Source: Octopus sinensis (taxonomy: Eukaryota). Taken from it: a DNA stretch of 64,000 nucleotides. The translations under genes were made by a program, and so were the position numbers. Every line of letters begins with the position of its first letter. Position 1 is the first letter of the stretch. Of this stretch, positions 50,599 to 63,349 are shown piece after piece. The notes below the pieces were generated by a model. The model saw only the letters and a list, made by a program, of their open reading frames with translations, was not told the origin of the DNA and did not search any database. The DNA is taken from assembly GCF_006345805.1 (NCBI RefSeq), contig NC_043010.1, positions 46,066,001 to 46,130,000 on the forward strand, written 5' to 3'.

Positions 50599-53040
50599 AT
50601 GACATTCTATCAATCTTAACTTTATCCTACAACAGCTTCATTGCGACTCATTCTATCACCAACTCAGTCTTTCATACTTTTTCTATAACTCAGTTTACTG
50701 TTATATCTGCAAGTTAACTTTTTTTTGTCCTTAGAAATTTCACAAGTGAAAGACAAAAAGAGAAGAAAGCATTGATTTGTTGGTCATTGTGATTATCTCT
50801 GAACCAGGACTCGAAGAAAATAAGGATACTAAAAAAACACCATTATCATATGAAAAATTTTACTTTAAATCTTAAGAAAGCAATTTTCACTCTTAATCAT
50901 CCTCTCAATCACCAAAATCAAACCAGTGTTTCTAATCAAGCATGAAGCTTTTAGCAATTACAGTCAAGCCACTTTCTCCATGTATTATGGTTCCATCGTT
51001 CATTTCTTGTGATTCCATTGAGAGAATTGGATGTAGGGGAGCTGATGAAATACAGCAATCTCCACTGTTACTGAACAGTCATGTTCCTAAAAGCTTTGCT
51101 GTAATGAGGGAATTCCATAATGCAAAACCCTATTTTTCTAATAATTTCCATATTATAAAATGTGATGCATATTTCAATAGAGTTTAATCAAACAAAAAAT
51201 GAAGAGAAAATCTATAACTACAGCCACTGCCCCCACAAAAAAATACAACTACAATGTGAAGAATCCTTGAATTTAATCAAAACTAATTGGAACTAATTTG
51301 ATTATCTGGCCTTCTCAAAACCAAAGTGAGTGACCTCTTCCCTTTCACCAGAGATTATTATGACTACCACCTGCTTTATTGAAGATGTGGTGTTAACTAT
51401 CTTTTATTTAATCTAGCTGCAATTTAATTAGGTAGGGTTGAGACAAGCCAAAAAGGGAACTTCAATGTGGTCTCTTGACCAGTTGAAAATAGTAGCAAAG
51501 TCTCCCTCAATTCATATCCTGCAATGCTAGGAAAGGGATACATGTATCAGGATAACAGTCTTTGATACACTGTGTCTTTAATAAATTTCAAAAAACACTC
51601 AAAAATTTTCCGACAACAATTTATAAAATCTCAAAAAAATAATTAAAAAAGCTCTAAGAATCTCAAAAAATATATTTTCCTTTTTTTTTTCTTTCCAAAT
51701 GTCTCAGAATTATGAACTAGTATTTTCTTTTGCAATATAAAATGAACTCTTAAAAGGTTCCTTAAATCTGATATTAAGTTGCAGTTTCATGGCACAAAAC
51801 AAATGAGAAATAAATCTCCTAGTATTCCAATCTATTGTCATGATAATCTAATACCTAATCCTGACAGTTAAGTGAACTGAGTCAATGCTGAATAAATAGT
51901 TCTGCTCAGAAACCTTCAGCTGTTTTAACATTTTTCTCTCAGAGAATTTTGAATTAACAAAATATTTGTTACAGATTCCAGCAATCTCTGCATCTTTTGA
52001 ACTTTCTTGTGATACCTACTTATGATTTAAAATTAATTATTTCATAATTGAAGCTATTAAAAGCTAAATGCCAAGGATATAGCACAGCTTCAAATGCAAG
52101 ATGTTAACTATCAATCTCACAGCTACTTGTTAGAGTCATTTTGCCCCAGATTTATTCAATGTTAATTGAGCAGACATATGTTTAAAGGTGTCCATGCATA
52201 CTAAATAGCTCACTCACATATGCATAGATTCATGTACACATAAACAGAGATAACCCAATGTTATAATAATGACCCAGAAATTGTAGTCAATATTGAGGAT
52301 GCTTTTGCTAAAACATAGGGTAGTAGAAATATGAAATGAAAAACCTTGTTAGTTTGGAGAAACAGAAAACAGGTTTCATTCTTTCAAAAACGTTGCTTTC
52401 AACTGCAGATAATGTGGTACCTCAATTCTGCCTCTATGTTGATGTGAGGGTGCTTACTTCTCATGTGACCAATGGAAATCTCTGCTAAAATTTGAATTGA
52501 AGTAAGATCACATTACCACTAGAACAAGTCTCACCACTACTACCATAAATGCTGCTGCCACCACCACCACCACTACTATCTCTCTCTTTGTAAGAGCGAA
52601 AGAGTAAGGAATGCATTAATCAACACACTGTGCTCTCTCTACTTCTTTTTCATCAACATTTATTGGATTTTTTTAAAAGATTTTTTTTTTCTTTTTTACC
52701 ATTTCTCTTCTTAATTTAGAAGGGAGAAATAATTTTAAATTGTGAAGTATTAAACTCACACCGAAATTCATTTGCCTTTTCAATGCTTTGAAGCATTTAT
52801 TTTGAAACTTTTCTAATGTTTTGTTTCTGTATGCCAACTGAAGCATTTGTTTTACATTTCTGAAGCTTCTCTTTTCATTAAGTAAAACTTTTCTTCATAG
52901 CTTCAGAATTGTATAATGAAAAAAAAAAAAAGACAAAACATCATTAAAACATATATAAAACTTACTGATGATGATGATGATGATGATGACGACGATGACA
53001 AGAACAACAATGACAACGATGGCAACAATGATGGCAACGA

Positions 53041-53290
53041 TACTCTTTACTCTTTTTTACTGTCTCTTTTACTTGTTACAGTCATTTGACTGTGGCCATG
53101 CTGGAGCACCGCCTTTAGTCAAGCAAAGTGACCCTAGGACTTATTCTTTATAAGCCTAGTAGTTATTCTATCGGTCTCTTTTGCCGAATTGCAAAGTTAC
53201 AGGGATGTAAACACACCAGCATCGGTTTTTAAATGCGGTGCCCCAGCATGGCCACAGTTACATGACTGAAACAAATTAAACAATAAAAAA
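53041..53290. mobile_element. Family A SINE 3' fragments in opposite orientations (53041-53225 -, 53235-53290 +)
   Basis: CAGTCATTTGACTGTGGCCATGCTGGAGCACCGC versus GCGGTGCCCCAGCATGGCCACAGTTACATGACTG. Confidence 0.8.
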
Positions 53291-53461
53291 ACTATTCCAT
53301 TTTAATCCTGAGCAACGCTGGATATCTCTGCTAGTATTTGATAAAATAGCAAATACTACATAAATTTGTGGCTATGTCTTCATTGGTTGGGACATTAACA
53401 TGAAATTATAAGTGAAGATCACTGAATAGGTAGGTCTGTTAATAGCTAGATTTGTCAAACT

Positions 53462-53689
53462 TTAATCTTTTAGCATTTAACAGGCCATGTCAGGCTGAAA
53501 TATACTACCTGCTTTATATTCAAACTAACCAAATCCAGCCTCTCACACCTGCCTGACAATGTCATTCTGAAAATTAAAAAAATCACATCATCAAAGTTTC
53601 AAATCTATGAGATGATACATGATTAATTCGAAACAATATGAATAAGCAAGCATTACATTTGACAGAGTTCTGAGAATGCCAAAGGGTTA
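53462..53689 (+). mobile_element. piggyBac-like MITE, family P2
   Basis: TTAATCTTTTAGCATTTAA...GAATGCCAAAGGGTTA. Confidence 0.75.
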
Positions 53690-54024
53690 TTGACATTAGA
53701 TGTGTTATGTCAGATCTAAGGTGTCTAATCAAAGTAAACCTTCAAAGGGTTAACTAGCTAATTAAAAGATATTAACTAGCTAGGAAAATTAGTGTCAGTG
53801 ATCTTTCACCTGTCATCAGACATTAACAGTTGTCTTACTGTTCACACTGGAATAAATTGATGAATTAGGCCAAATATGTGTCTACATAATGGTTCCAACA
53901 CTTAATGACAAAACTATGGCTAATAATTAGGGGAAAAGCTGAATTATTGATTAATCATGTTTCTAATCTCGGCACAATAAACATAAAATATTGCCATATT
54001 AATTATATAAAAATATTGCTTTTA

Positions 54025-54479
54025 ACTTTTGGCAATAGGCCAATAATTTTGGGAAGGAGACTAGTCAATTACATCGACCCCAGTGCTCCACTAGTACTTA
54101 TTTTATCAACCCTGAAAGGATGAAAGGCAAAGCCAACCCTGGTGGAATTTGAACTCAGAATGTAATGAAATAAAGAAGCTTGCTTCCCAGCCACATGGTT
54201 GTGTGTGTGTGGGGGGGGGGTGCATGTGCGCTTCTTTGCTTATGGGATTGTCCCCACCACTACTTGACATCTGGTGTTGAATTGCTTATATACTGTAACT
54301 TAGCAGTTCAGTATAAGAGACTGATATAAAAAGTACCGGGCTTTAAAGAAACAATAAGTATTGCGATCGATTCATTCAACTAAAACCCCTTCAAGGTAGT
54401 ACCCCAGCATGGCCAGAGTCCATTGACTGAAACAAGAGAAAGGTAAAAGACAGACAGACAGATAGACAGACAGACAGAC

Positions 54480-54558
<79 letters not shown>
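54025..54558. mobile_element. Family B fragment (-, 54025-54163), degenerate family A SINE (+, 54172-54449) and (GACA)/(GATA)n run
   Basis: Similarity to other copies; direct reading. Confidence 0.75.
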
Positions 54559-54559
<1 letters not shown>

Positions 54560-54947
54560 GGGTTGAAAGACAGGCAGATGTGCAGATAGAGAAGCAGGTT
54601 GATGGGAAAACAGGCAGGTGTAAAAATGGATGGACAGGCAAATAGGCAAACAAATAAGCAGACTAATGAACAGGTAGAAAGTGAATGGAGAAATGACCCA
54701 AGAGACAACCAGGACTGCAGGCAGATAGGAAGATTTTCTTAAATCAAATCCTGTTTGGGTCAAACTGACTTGTTGTTTAACCCCAGGTCGGATTTGATGA
54801 AGCAGACACCTTGTCAAATTCTACCTGTGACTATTCATCATCAATCCTTTGACGTCCATTTTCCATGCTCACATGGGCTGCACTGATTAACAGGAGCAGG
54901 TAAGTAAGAGAGCTGCAACAAGTTCTAGTTGGATTTTGCTTGGTTTC

Positions 54948-55391
54948 TTATTTCTTTATTGCCCACAAGGGGCTAAACATAAAGGGGACAAACAAGGACA
55001 GACAAAGGGATTAAGTCGATTACATCGACCCCAGTGTGTAACTGGTACTTAATTTATCAACCCTGAAAGGATGAAAGGCAAAGTCGACCTCAGCGGAATT
55101 TGAACTCAGAACATAACGGCAGACGAAATACCGCTAAGCATTTTTTCAGCGTGCTAACATTTCTTATTTCTTTATTGCCCACAAGGGGCTAAACATAGAG
55201 GGGACAAACAAGGACAGACAAAGGGTTTAAGATGATTACATCGACCCCAGTATGTAACTGGTGCTTAATTTATCAACCCCAAAAGGATGAAAGGCAAAGT
55301 CAACCTCGGCAGAATTTGAACTCAGAAAGTAACAGCAGACGAAATACTGCTAAGCATTTTGCCAGCGTGCTAACATTTCTGCCAGCTCGTC
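54948..55391 (-). mobile_element. Family B SINE tandem dimer nested in a family E RTE tail (54835-55635)
   Basis: Units 55164-55391 and 54948-55163. Junction on the sense strand AAAGAAATA-AGAAAT-GTTAGCACG. Confidence 0.9.
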
Positions 55392-56552
55392 GCATTGGTC
55401 TCTGCAGTGGGGATGCCCTTTCTTACACTAAACACTTTATAGAGTGCACTGGGTGCATTTGACATGGCATCACACAAGCACTTTTATGTGACACCAACAC
55501 GAGTGCCTTTTTTGTGGCACCAGCACACGACTCTTGCGGGCCAATCCTCTTCACCAGGGGGAGTGATCTTAACATTTCTGCTGTGAAGGACAGGTCTTCT
55601 TGAGTACAGCAAGGTGCCAAGTATCTCAGTCCTTTCTTTAATTTATTTATTTAGATATGGTGAATCTAATGCTCTGTGACATTTTCAAAACGTTTAAAGT
55701 ATGGTTTAAAAGAGATTTAACTCCTATTTCTAGCAAGTCATGTAGCCACATAATGGCTCTTTCATTGGTTCATCAATTTTGCTGGAGTCAATAAAATAAG
55801 TTCCAGTCATTTCTATTAGCTGTGTCCCTTTTCTACACATTTTTATTGTGCTTGTATCTTTTTCCTTTTACTTGTTTCAGTTAATGAACTGTCAAACATG
55901 AGGTCGGAAGCAAACTTCTATAGGAAGTCATTTTAAAAATTTAGTGATGCAGACTAGAAGAATGAAGAACGGCAAAAAAGCTCTTAAACCAACAATGACT
56001 GACCTAAAACTAAAATGCTAGTCCAAGGAAGCTAATGGTAGTCTGAGCCTGCAAAAGTCATTTAGTAAACTCCAAAAATTCATATAAGTTTAAATGTGAA
56101 AATATGTGTTGATAACCATATGTGCACACAGACATACTCTCTCACCCCTTATGCATCAATCTTACTCCCTTATTTTCCCCTACTTCCTGCTAGCATGAAA
56201 GTGTGCATGTGTGGTTGAATAGGTATGTGAATGTATGTGTGCTTGTATTCGTGTTTCTATGCTTACCATACTCCTTAATCCAGTGGTTCTCCTTAATCCA
56301 GAGAGGCAATTGTTTAACCCATTATAGTTCTTCCTCAACCTTTCCTTCATTCATCACTCTAGCCACTGACCCCATATTAACAACTTCTCAACATGGTTAG
56401 CCTTCTCCCCCTCTTACTCATCCCTCTTGCCTCACGCTTTCTTATTTAAACAAACCTACTTCTTCAGTGTTATCATAAACTTTTGGAATTTGTTTCTGCC
56501 TTTCTCTCTCTCCCTTCTCTCTCTCCCTCTCCCTACCCCTTCTCTCTACTAA

Positions 56553-56758
56553 CAGTGATTCTCAACCATTTTTTTTACCTATGGACCCCTTTGATTCTTA
56601 TTTTACTTGAGTAATTACTATTAGGAATTGTATTAACAAAAATTGTTAAAATATTTTGTGTATTGTAAAAGTATAACCAATTTATTGCCGATAAATTTTA
56701 GCAACAAAATCTAACATGGACTCCCAAGAGTCACAGTGACCCCAGTTGAGAACTACTG
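56553..56758 (+). mobile_element. hAT-like MITE
   Basis: TIRs CAGTGATTCTCAAC / GTTGAGAACTACTG; second partial copy at 21465-21619. An 8-bp TSD is not preserved. Confidence 0.72.
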
Positions 56759-57269
56759 CTCAAGACCCACAGACTCCCCTCTTCCCATGTCATACAAACT
56801 TGTTGCTATTGCTGTATTTGCAAACTTTACTTAAAAGTACATCAAATTTCAAAACAATACTTGGTTCAATCTTTACTGCTGACGTTTTCATTTAATTAAT
56901 TTGGTTGTGTGTCTTTTTTTTTTTTACATCATTATTTTTAAATTCTTAATTGAAGAGGATTATCCAGAATACTGCATAACTCAATTACTTAAAAGCCTTT
57001 CTTTTAGTTTTTGTTTTAATATTCATGCAGACAGATGTGGATTAAACAATGATAACAAACAAGTCTGTACCATAAATGTCGCAAATTATTGTCTCAGGAG
57101 ATTACGAGCTTCATATTCTGTAATAGCTTTTGCTTTGTGTTCTTGGTCAAGACATTACCTGTATTTCATTACATGTTTCAGGCTTTGCCTTCCCCATGTC
57201 CAGAATGGTGTTGCAAATCTGAGTATTTACTTTAGGATCAATATACATAATTGGGATCCTAAAACAAGG

Positions 57270-57490
57270 TGCCTCATAAAAAGCATTGGTTTGGATGATG
57301 ATGCCACATATAAAGCACCCAATACATACTGTAAAGTGGTTAGTGTTAGGAAGGGCATCTAGCCGTAGAAACCATACCAAAACAGACAATGGAACCTAGT
57401 GCAGGCCCTGGCCCAGCCAGTTCTTGTCCAGCCATCCAACTTATACTAGCATGGAAAATAGACTTTAAATGTTGATGATGATGATGATAA
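57270..57490 (+). mobile_element. Family E RTE tail
   Basis: GTAAAGTGGTTAGTGTTAGGAAGGGCATCTAGCCGTAGAAAC...CTAGCATGGAAAATAGAC with (GAT)n tail. Confidence 0.8.
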
Positions 57491-57842
57491 TAATATACAA
57501 AGATCTGTAAATACATCTTATACTAAAGTGCTGCTGATATAGCTGGGATAGTACACACACACCATATAAACCAGTTATGGGCAATCTTTCTCAAGAAGTG
57601 AGTCACATGAGCCATGATTCATCATTAGGTGGGCGGTACTACTAAAATAATTTAAGGTAATTTTTCATTCGAGGTGCCATTCAAGAAATTCTATAGGTTC
57701 TAGTTTGCTCATGACAGATTTAGACACTCATTTTCAATGCTATATCTAGGAAAAGATTTCCACTTGATTGGCAAACCCTACACACATTAACATTTTCCAG
57801 TCATTTCCATTAAGTTGTATTAGCTTTCTTTCAACGTTAAGT

Positions 57843-58069
57843 TTAACCCTTTCGTTACTGTATTTATTTTGAGATGTTCTGTATTTCTTTTAATTACTTT
57901 AAATATAACAAAGAATTTAGTAAAATAACTAAGTTATGATTCAGCTAGTGTTAGGAACATAAATTGTGTCTAAGGTTTGGTGGAAGATTTTAATTCAAAA
58001 CTTTTTAAATAAGACATTCGTACTCAGAGCCAGAGTCAGTTTCAGCTGGGTCGGTAACAAAAGGGTTAA
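57843..58069 (+). mobile_element. piggyBac-like MITE, family P1, with intact TTAA TSD
   Basis: TTAA CCCTTTCGTTAC ... GTAACAAAAGGG TTAA. Confidence 0.9.
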
Positions 58070-58272
58070 GGCACCGGGTCTCACCTCCTCTCAAATTTCT
58101 AACAACTTGCATTTCTTCTTATCATTTCAAAGAGTCTCATTACCTGTAGCCAGCACCAGAGATTATCTACAATCTTTCCTTCTCTGAAGTGTAATCATAT
58201 TTTGGAGTTTTCCCAGTTACTATACTAATTCTATACAGCCACCATACTAATAATCTATATATTCACCATACT

Positions 58273-58480
58273 GTGAGCTGGCAGAGTCGTTAGCATGTCA
58301 GGTGAAATGCTTAGCAGTATTTCATCCATCTTCATGTTCTGAGTTCAAATTCCACCTAGGTTGACTTTGCCTTTCATCCTTTCAGGGTCAATTAAATAGG
58401 AACCAGTTATACACTGGAGTTGATGTAATCGACTTATCCCTTCCCTCAAATTTCAGGCCATGTGACTAAAGTAGAAAGGG
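58273..58480 (+). mobile_element. Family B SINE (short tail type) with 17-bp TSD
   Basis: TSD TATATATTC(A/C)CCATACT at 58256-58272 and 58481-58497. Confidence 0.87.
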
Positions 58481-58937
58481 TATATATTCCCCATACTAAT
58501 TATATATACACAGTTACCCTAATCTTTCAGTTGAGTTCAAATAAGTAACTGAGAAAGTGGGGTTCAATATGGGAACTTGTACCAGTGACACTTAAGGTTT
58601 TCACTTTAGTATCCTATTTTGCTTACTTAGTACAACAATCTATTTTTTGCTTCCTTGTGGAGGTGAAAACGGTTATACATTGCATCCATAAAATTGATAT
58701 ATTGCTAAGTTTCCTGTTATGTTGACAACGGAATGTTATGACATAAAGTTGACGCCATGAAGTAGAGTTTATTCCTTCATTCAAGGTCAATAATGTACTC
58801 CATTGTTACTCCAGCTTTCTTGGTTTTGCCTGCTTGTCCAGGGAACACAATGATACATCTGTCATTTTGTCCTTCCTCATTCTTTCTTCCATTCTCCCTC
58901 TTCTCTGCTCTCCTCTCTCTCTCTCTCTTTCTCTCTA

Positions 58938-59039
<102 letters not shown>

Positions 59040-60789
59040 TCAGATGAATATGGTACTTAAGTTAAAGGCACCAGAATTTAGTATGGTATTATCCATATAA
59101 TTCAAAACTGGGTGATTATAATCAAAATAAGCAACAAGGATCTCCAGAGGTAATGCAGTACGATCGTTTCATGTGACTCCATTTAATTGAACAATGCAAG
59201 CATTACATCAATTTAAAATGTAGAGCAATCTTCAGCTGCATGAAAATATAGAATTTAGTTAAATTCGAAGGACTCATTTGTATAATTTTCTTTTTATCCA
59301 AAATCACCAAGAGGATAAGTAGATAGACAAAGAACATGTTTTATCAACAACATCACAGTTGTAACTGAGATTTTTTTCAAAAAAGACACTGCTTATCACT
59401 GATTATTTCTGCTATTTAGATTTACTAGTGGGGTGGGGGTAGTTTTAATTTATAGACTAGTTTATCAAATCTAAGAGAAACTAGAGTGTAATCTTTATGG
59501 ATAGGGCAAAATAGATAGACAATTTAAGTGGCAGAGTCATAAATCGAGATTTCTTTGAAATAAAACCATTTGGTTCAGTAAGAATATACTTTAGACAAGG
59601 TTATAGCAGCTAAATTTGCAGGCTAATGCTTATGGGACAGGAGAGTGAAATCATATAGTACAAATATTTATCTACTATAAAACAATGTAATTTGTATATA
59701 CACAGATACATTTTAGAGTTATTCTAAAGAGCACTAAGAAGAATATTTGTGAATACTTTCAGTATTATCAAAAAATTTTACACAATAAAGGGACAGAAAA
59801 TATAGAAATAATTCCATATTTATATATTTCTATACTAACTTAACATATATTTATAGTTATTTATTAAATGGTAATTATTGGTATTAATAAAGGAAAGTTA
59901 AGTTACAGGAATATGTTAAAATTTATATATTAAATATTAACAATTTTAGTCTGAGCATATTTCTTATATTATAAACAGTGAATATACCAGCATAGTTTTA
60001 TAAAAGCTGCATATGGAATTTATAGAGATATTTTGAATAAAGTAATATAGTAAATAAATAGATAAGAAATTGGTTTTAAAGTGAAATAAAGAAATAAGAA
60101 TAAAAATAAAATAGAAAAATATAATTCTTTGTAGAATATTTTTGACAAGGGGTAAAAAGATTTATATTCCAAAAAACTATTGTAAGGTATATTTAGCTTA
60201 TTTACATCAATAGGTAAGGTAATTTGTTAGAAAAAAATTTATAATTCCAAATCTTAGACTAAAAATTATATCTACTTGTCATGAGAATATCTATAAATGA
60301 CTAATGTTTAATGTTGGGTAAAGAAATAATTAAATTATTGGACAAAAATTTTATTATCAACAAATCTTTTTATAAAATTATAGGTTTAAGAAATTGTTAT
60401 TATTAAGCCATACATGATAATTTATATTTTCCAATTGATACTTACAAGAAATGCTATTTATATAAAGCTCCCTTATACATACTAAGATCAGGAGGGTAAT
60501 CAGTAGTGGCATCCTGTTTGCTAAAAATCTAATTCTAAAAAATCTTCTTAATTACTCTAATTAATATTTTATAACCTTATACAACTAAATAGTATTGTTT
60601 AAAAATTTCTTGAAGAAATTATTTGATTTCTCTTTCTCTCAGATAGCTCTACCCTCCTGATCTTAGTATGTATAAGGGAGAAAATATAAATTATCATGTA
60701 GGGCTTAATAATAACAATTTCTTAAACCTATAATAAAACTCATAATTTCATAAAAAGATTTGTTGATAATAACATTTTTGTCCAATAAT
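59040..60789 (-). mobile_element. Penelope-like retroelement remnant (RT traces, 3' terminal repeat with HHR, inverted 5' segment)
   Basis: Minus translation 'IKRFVDNKIF' (YxDD-like) near 60345-60375 and 'SFIDILM' near 60280-60300. HHR at 59153-59241. Inverted duplication 60334-60498 / 60650-60789. Confidence 0.6.
59153..59241 (-). ncRNA. Type I hammerhead ribozyme motif with palindromic stem III and extended stem II
   Basis: Minus: ATGCAG CTGAAGA [58-nt hairpin: CTC/GAG, CATTT/AAATG, AATTGA/TCAATT, AATG/CATT] GAAA C GATC G TA CTGCAT. Perfect 6-bp stem I, ACGATCGT palindrome, GUA triplet. Confidence 0.8.
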
Positions 60790-61053
60790 ATTTTAGTTGA
60801 AATCCCCACTTCAGTTTATTATACCGTTCATCATTTTGGATTGATAAAATAAAGCACCAGTCAAGTACAAGGGTTAATTTGATATTTCCTGTCAAGCTGG
60901 GAACATATTTCCTGTCAAATTGTGAATATTTCCTGTCTAGGGGTGAATATAAGTATAATAGATGACATATCATTGAGTAATGTTGATAACATGTATGAGA
61001 CAAAAATGTAGCTTTGATGTTGTTGCTTGATCTTCTGGAAAGAGCAACCAAAT

Positions 61054-61500
61054 AATCATCATCACCATCATTTAGTGTCTGTTTTTCATGCTGGCATGGG
61101 TTAGATGGTTTGACAGGAGCTGACCAGGCTCCATTTGTCTGCTCTGGCATAATTTCTATCGCTAGATGCCCTTCCTAATGACAACCACTTTACAGACTGT
61201 TCTGGGTTCGTTTTATGTGACATTGGCACAGGTGCTTCTACATGGCACTGGCACAAGTGTTTCTACATGGCACCAATATGAGTGCATTTTATGTGGCACC
61301 AGCACAGGCATAAAGAACCTGCCTGTATGCATGGATAGCCACAATTTTACTTAGCATGTTGTGTCTTCTCAAGCACAGCAGATCACCAGAAATCTTGGTC
61401 CCTTGTCAACTCCTCAGTGAAGCTCAACATCTAGAGATCCATTCTCGCCACCATGCCCCACATCTTCCTGGGTTTACCTTTCCCATTGATTCTCCATGCT
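61054..61500 (-). mobile_element. RTE LINE 3' end (ORF C-terminus plus family E tail)
   Basis: Minus translation 'GKGKPRKMWGMVARMDL*MLSFTEELTRDQDFW*SAVLEKT' runs directly into the family E tail, linking family E to an RTE LINE. Confidence 0.8.
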
Positions 61501-62271
61501 TTCCTGTCTAAGTAGCGGAAGATATTGTAAAAAAGATGAACTAGTCACATCTGGAGCATTTTTTATCTTAAGTCTGTTCAAATGGGCTTGACCTGGAGAG
61601 ACAAAGAACAATAAAGTTTTTTGAATTTTCATATTTAAGTTGGTATATTTGCATTTGGAAAGTTACTATTAGAGTTTCTCTGTAAGATATATTTGTGTGA
61701 AAACACACACAAGCATGCATGCACACACACACACACACACATACACACATACACACACACACACACTCACACTCACACACACAAAAACAAACACACACAC
61801 ACACACACACACCAGCTAAGTTGAGTTATATAATTCAATATAGTGGCTATCTGAAAATTGAAAGGGCTAAGTTATTGTCTGATATGAACATTCAAACTTG
61901 CACCTGTCTTCCTAATTCATAATGCTAAACTTACCTGTTTTGAACATGTTAATTTGTTAACATTGAAACTTTTAAAGATGTTTTTCTAATTCATAATTTT
62001 AAACTTTCACAATTGATAAACAAAAAATATTGTTGAAACTAGTTTGGTATATATGTAAATAAATGTATTTTAAAGATTTACAAGTTCTTGAGATTTAGGT
62101 GCATTTTCAACAACACATTTCCCTATATTTTTTTCTACATGGAAACACCCCACCTCTTTTGTTATATATATATATATAAATATATATACACAATATATAC
62201 ATTGGTAAAAACGGTAAGATAACAAAAGAAAGAAAGAGACCTCAATATTATGTAAATAGAGGAAATTTATC

Positions 62272-62333
62272 TGTAAATTAACATGTGACCATTATTCAAT
62301 AGCTATTGAATAATGGTCACATATTAATTTACA
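62272..62333. repeat. 62-bp palindrome with no spacer
   Basis: TGTAAATTAACATGTGACCATTATTCAATAG|CTATTGAATAATGGTCACATATTAATTTACA; 31-bp arms, 1 mismatch. Confidence 0.95.
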
Positions 62334-62369
62334 AATACAATATATATATATATGTATACAATATATATG

Positions 62370-62415
<46 letters not shown>

Positions 62416-62855
62416 ATACACACACACAGACACACAAACACACACAGACACACAAACACACACATGCACACACACATACACACTCACTCACACACATACA
62501 CACACATACATACGCATACAAACTCACACACAGATGCAGTATTTAAAGAAGAGAAAATGAAAATGAAGTTTCAATAGTGAACAACGAATACAACAGCAGT
62601 TCAAGAAAACACTTTTAATCTGCAGAATCTACTTAATAAAGCAACCTTCTTTCTCAACAGTATATATATATATATATACATTTGTATTCATTCAATATAG
62701 TAACGTGTTCTTGGAATGTAGCGGCAAATAGGACAGGACACCAGGATACCCCAGTCTAGCCTCAATTGCTGACGTAAGTATATAGCATAAAATAGAAAAG
62801 CTGCATCTGAAGCATATAAATGAAACAAGACACCAAAGAACTGATACTAACACAA

Positions 62856-62892
<37 letters not shown>

Positions 62893-63180
62893 CACGCACG
62901 CACTCACACACACACACATACTCTAACACACACATATAGTGTGCTTCATTTTAAGAACATTCTGACATGCATGTGTGCATAAGTGTGTGCGTGTATGTGT
63001 GTGTGTGAGTGTGAAAGAGAAGGGGATGGAGAGAGAGAGAATTTAATTTAATTATACATTTAATTGTGCAAACATATCTATGAATATTGCATTCATATGG
63101 ATGTGTGAACTTCAGATTTTGACATTCTCTACAGATACACACACACACACACATACATACATATATATACATATGTATAT

Positions 63181-63225
<45 letters not shown>

Positions 63226-63349
63226 CTTACACACACATATGTATACGTATATATGTGTACTTGTATCATCATCATTTAGCATCCATTCTCCATAATGTTG
63301 GCATGGGTTGAACAGTTTGACAGAAGTTGGCCAGCTCAAGAGCTGCCTG

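Noticed and set aside
50942-51187. Higher-complexity segment that might be an exon
   Set aside because: No recognisable peptide in any frame and no paired splice signals.
6944-55391. Regularly recurring ~30-40 bp motifs suggestive of CRISPR-like arrays or tRNA genes
   Set aside because: These are dispersed SINE copies with tRNA-derived heads; there is no repeat-spacer periodicity and no complete cloverleaf except 28053-28134.
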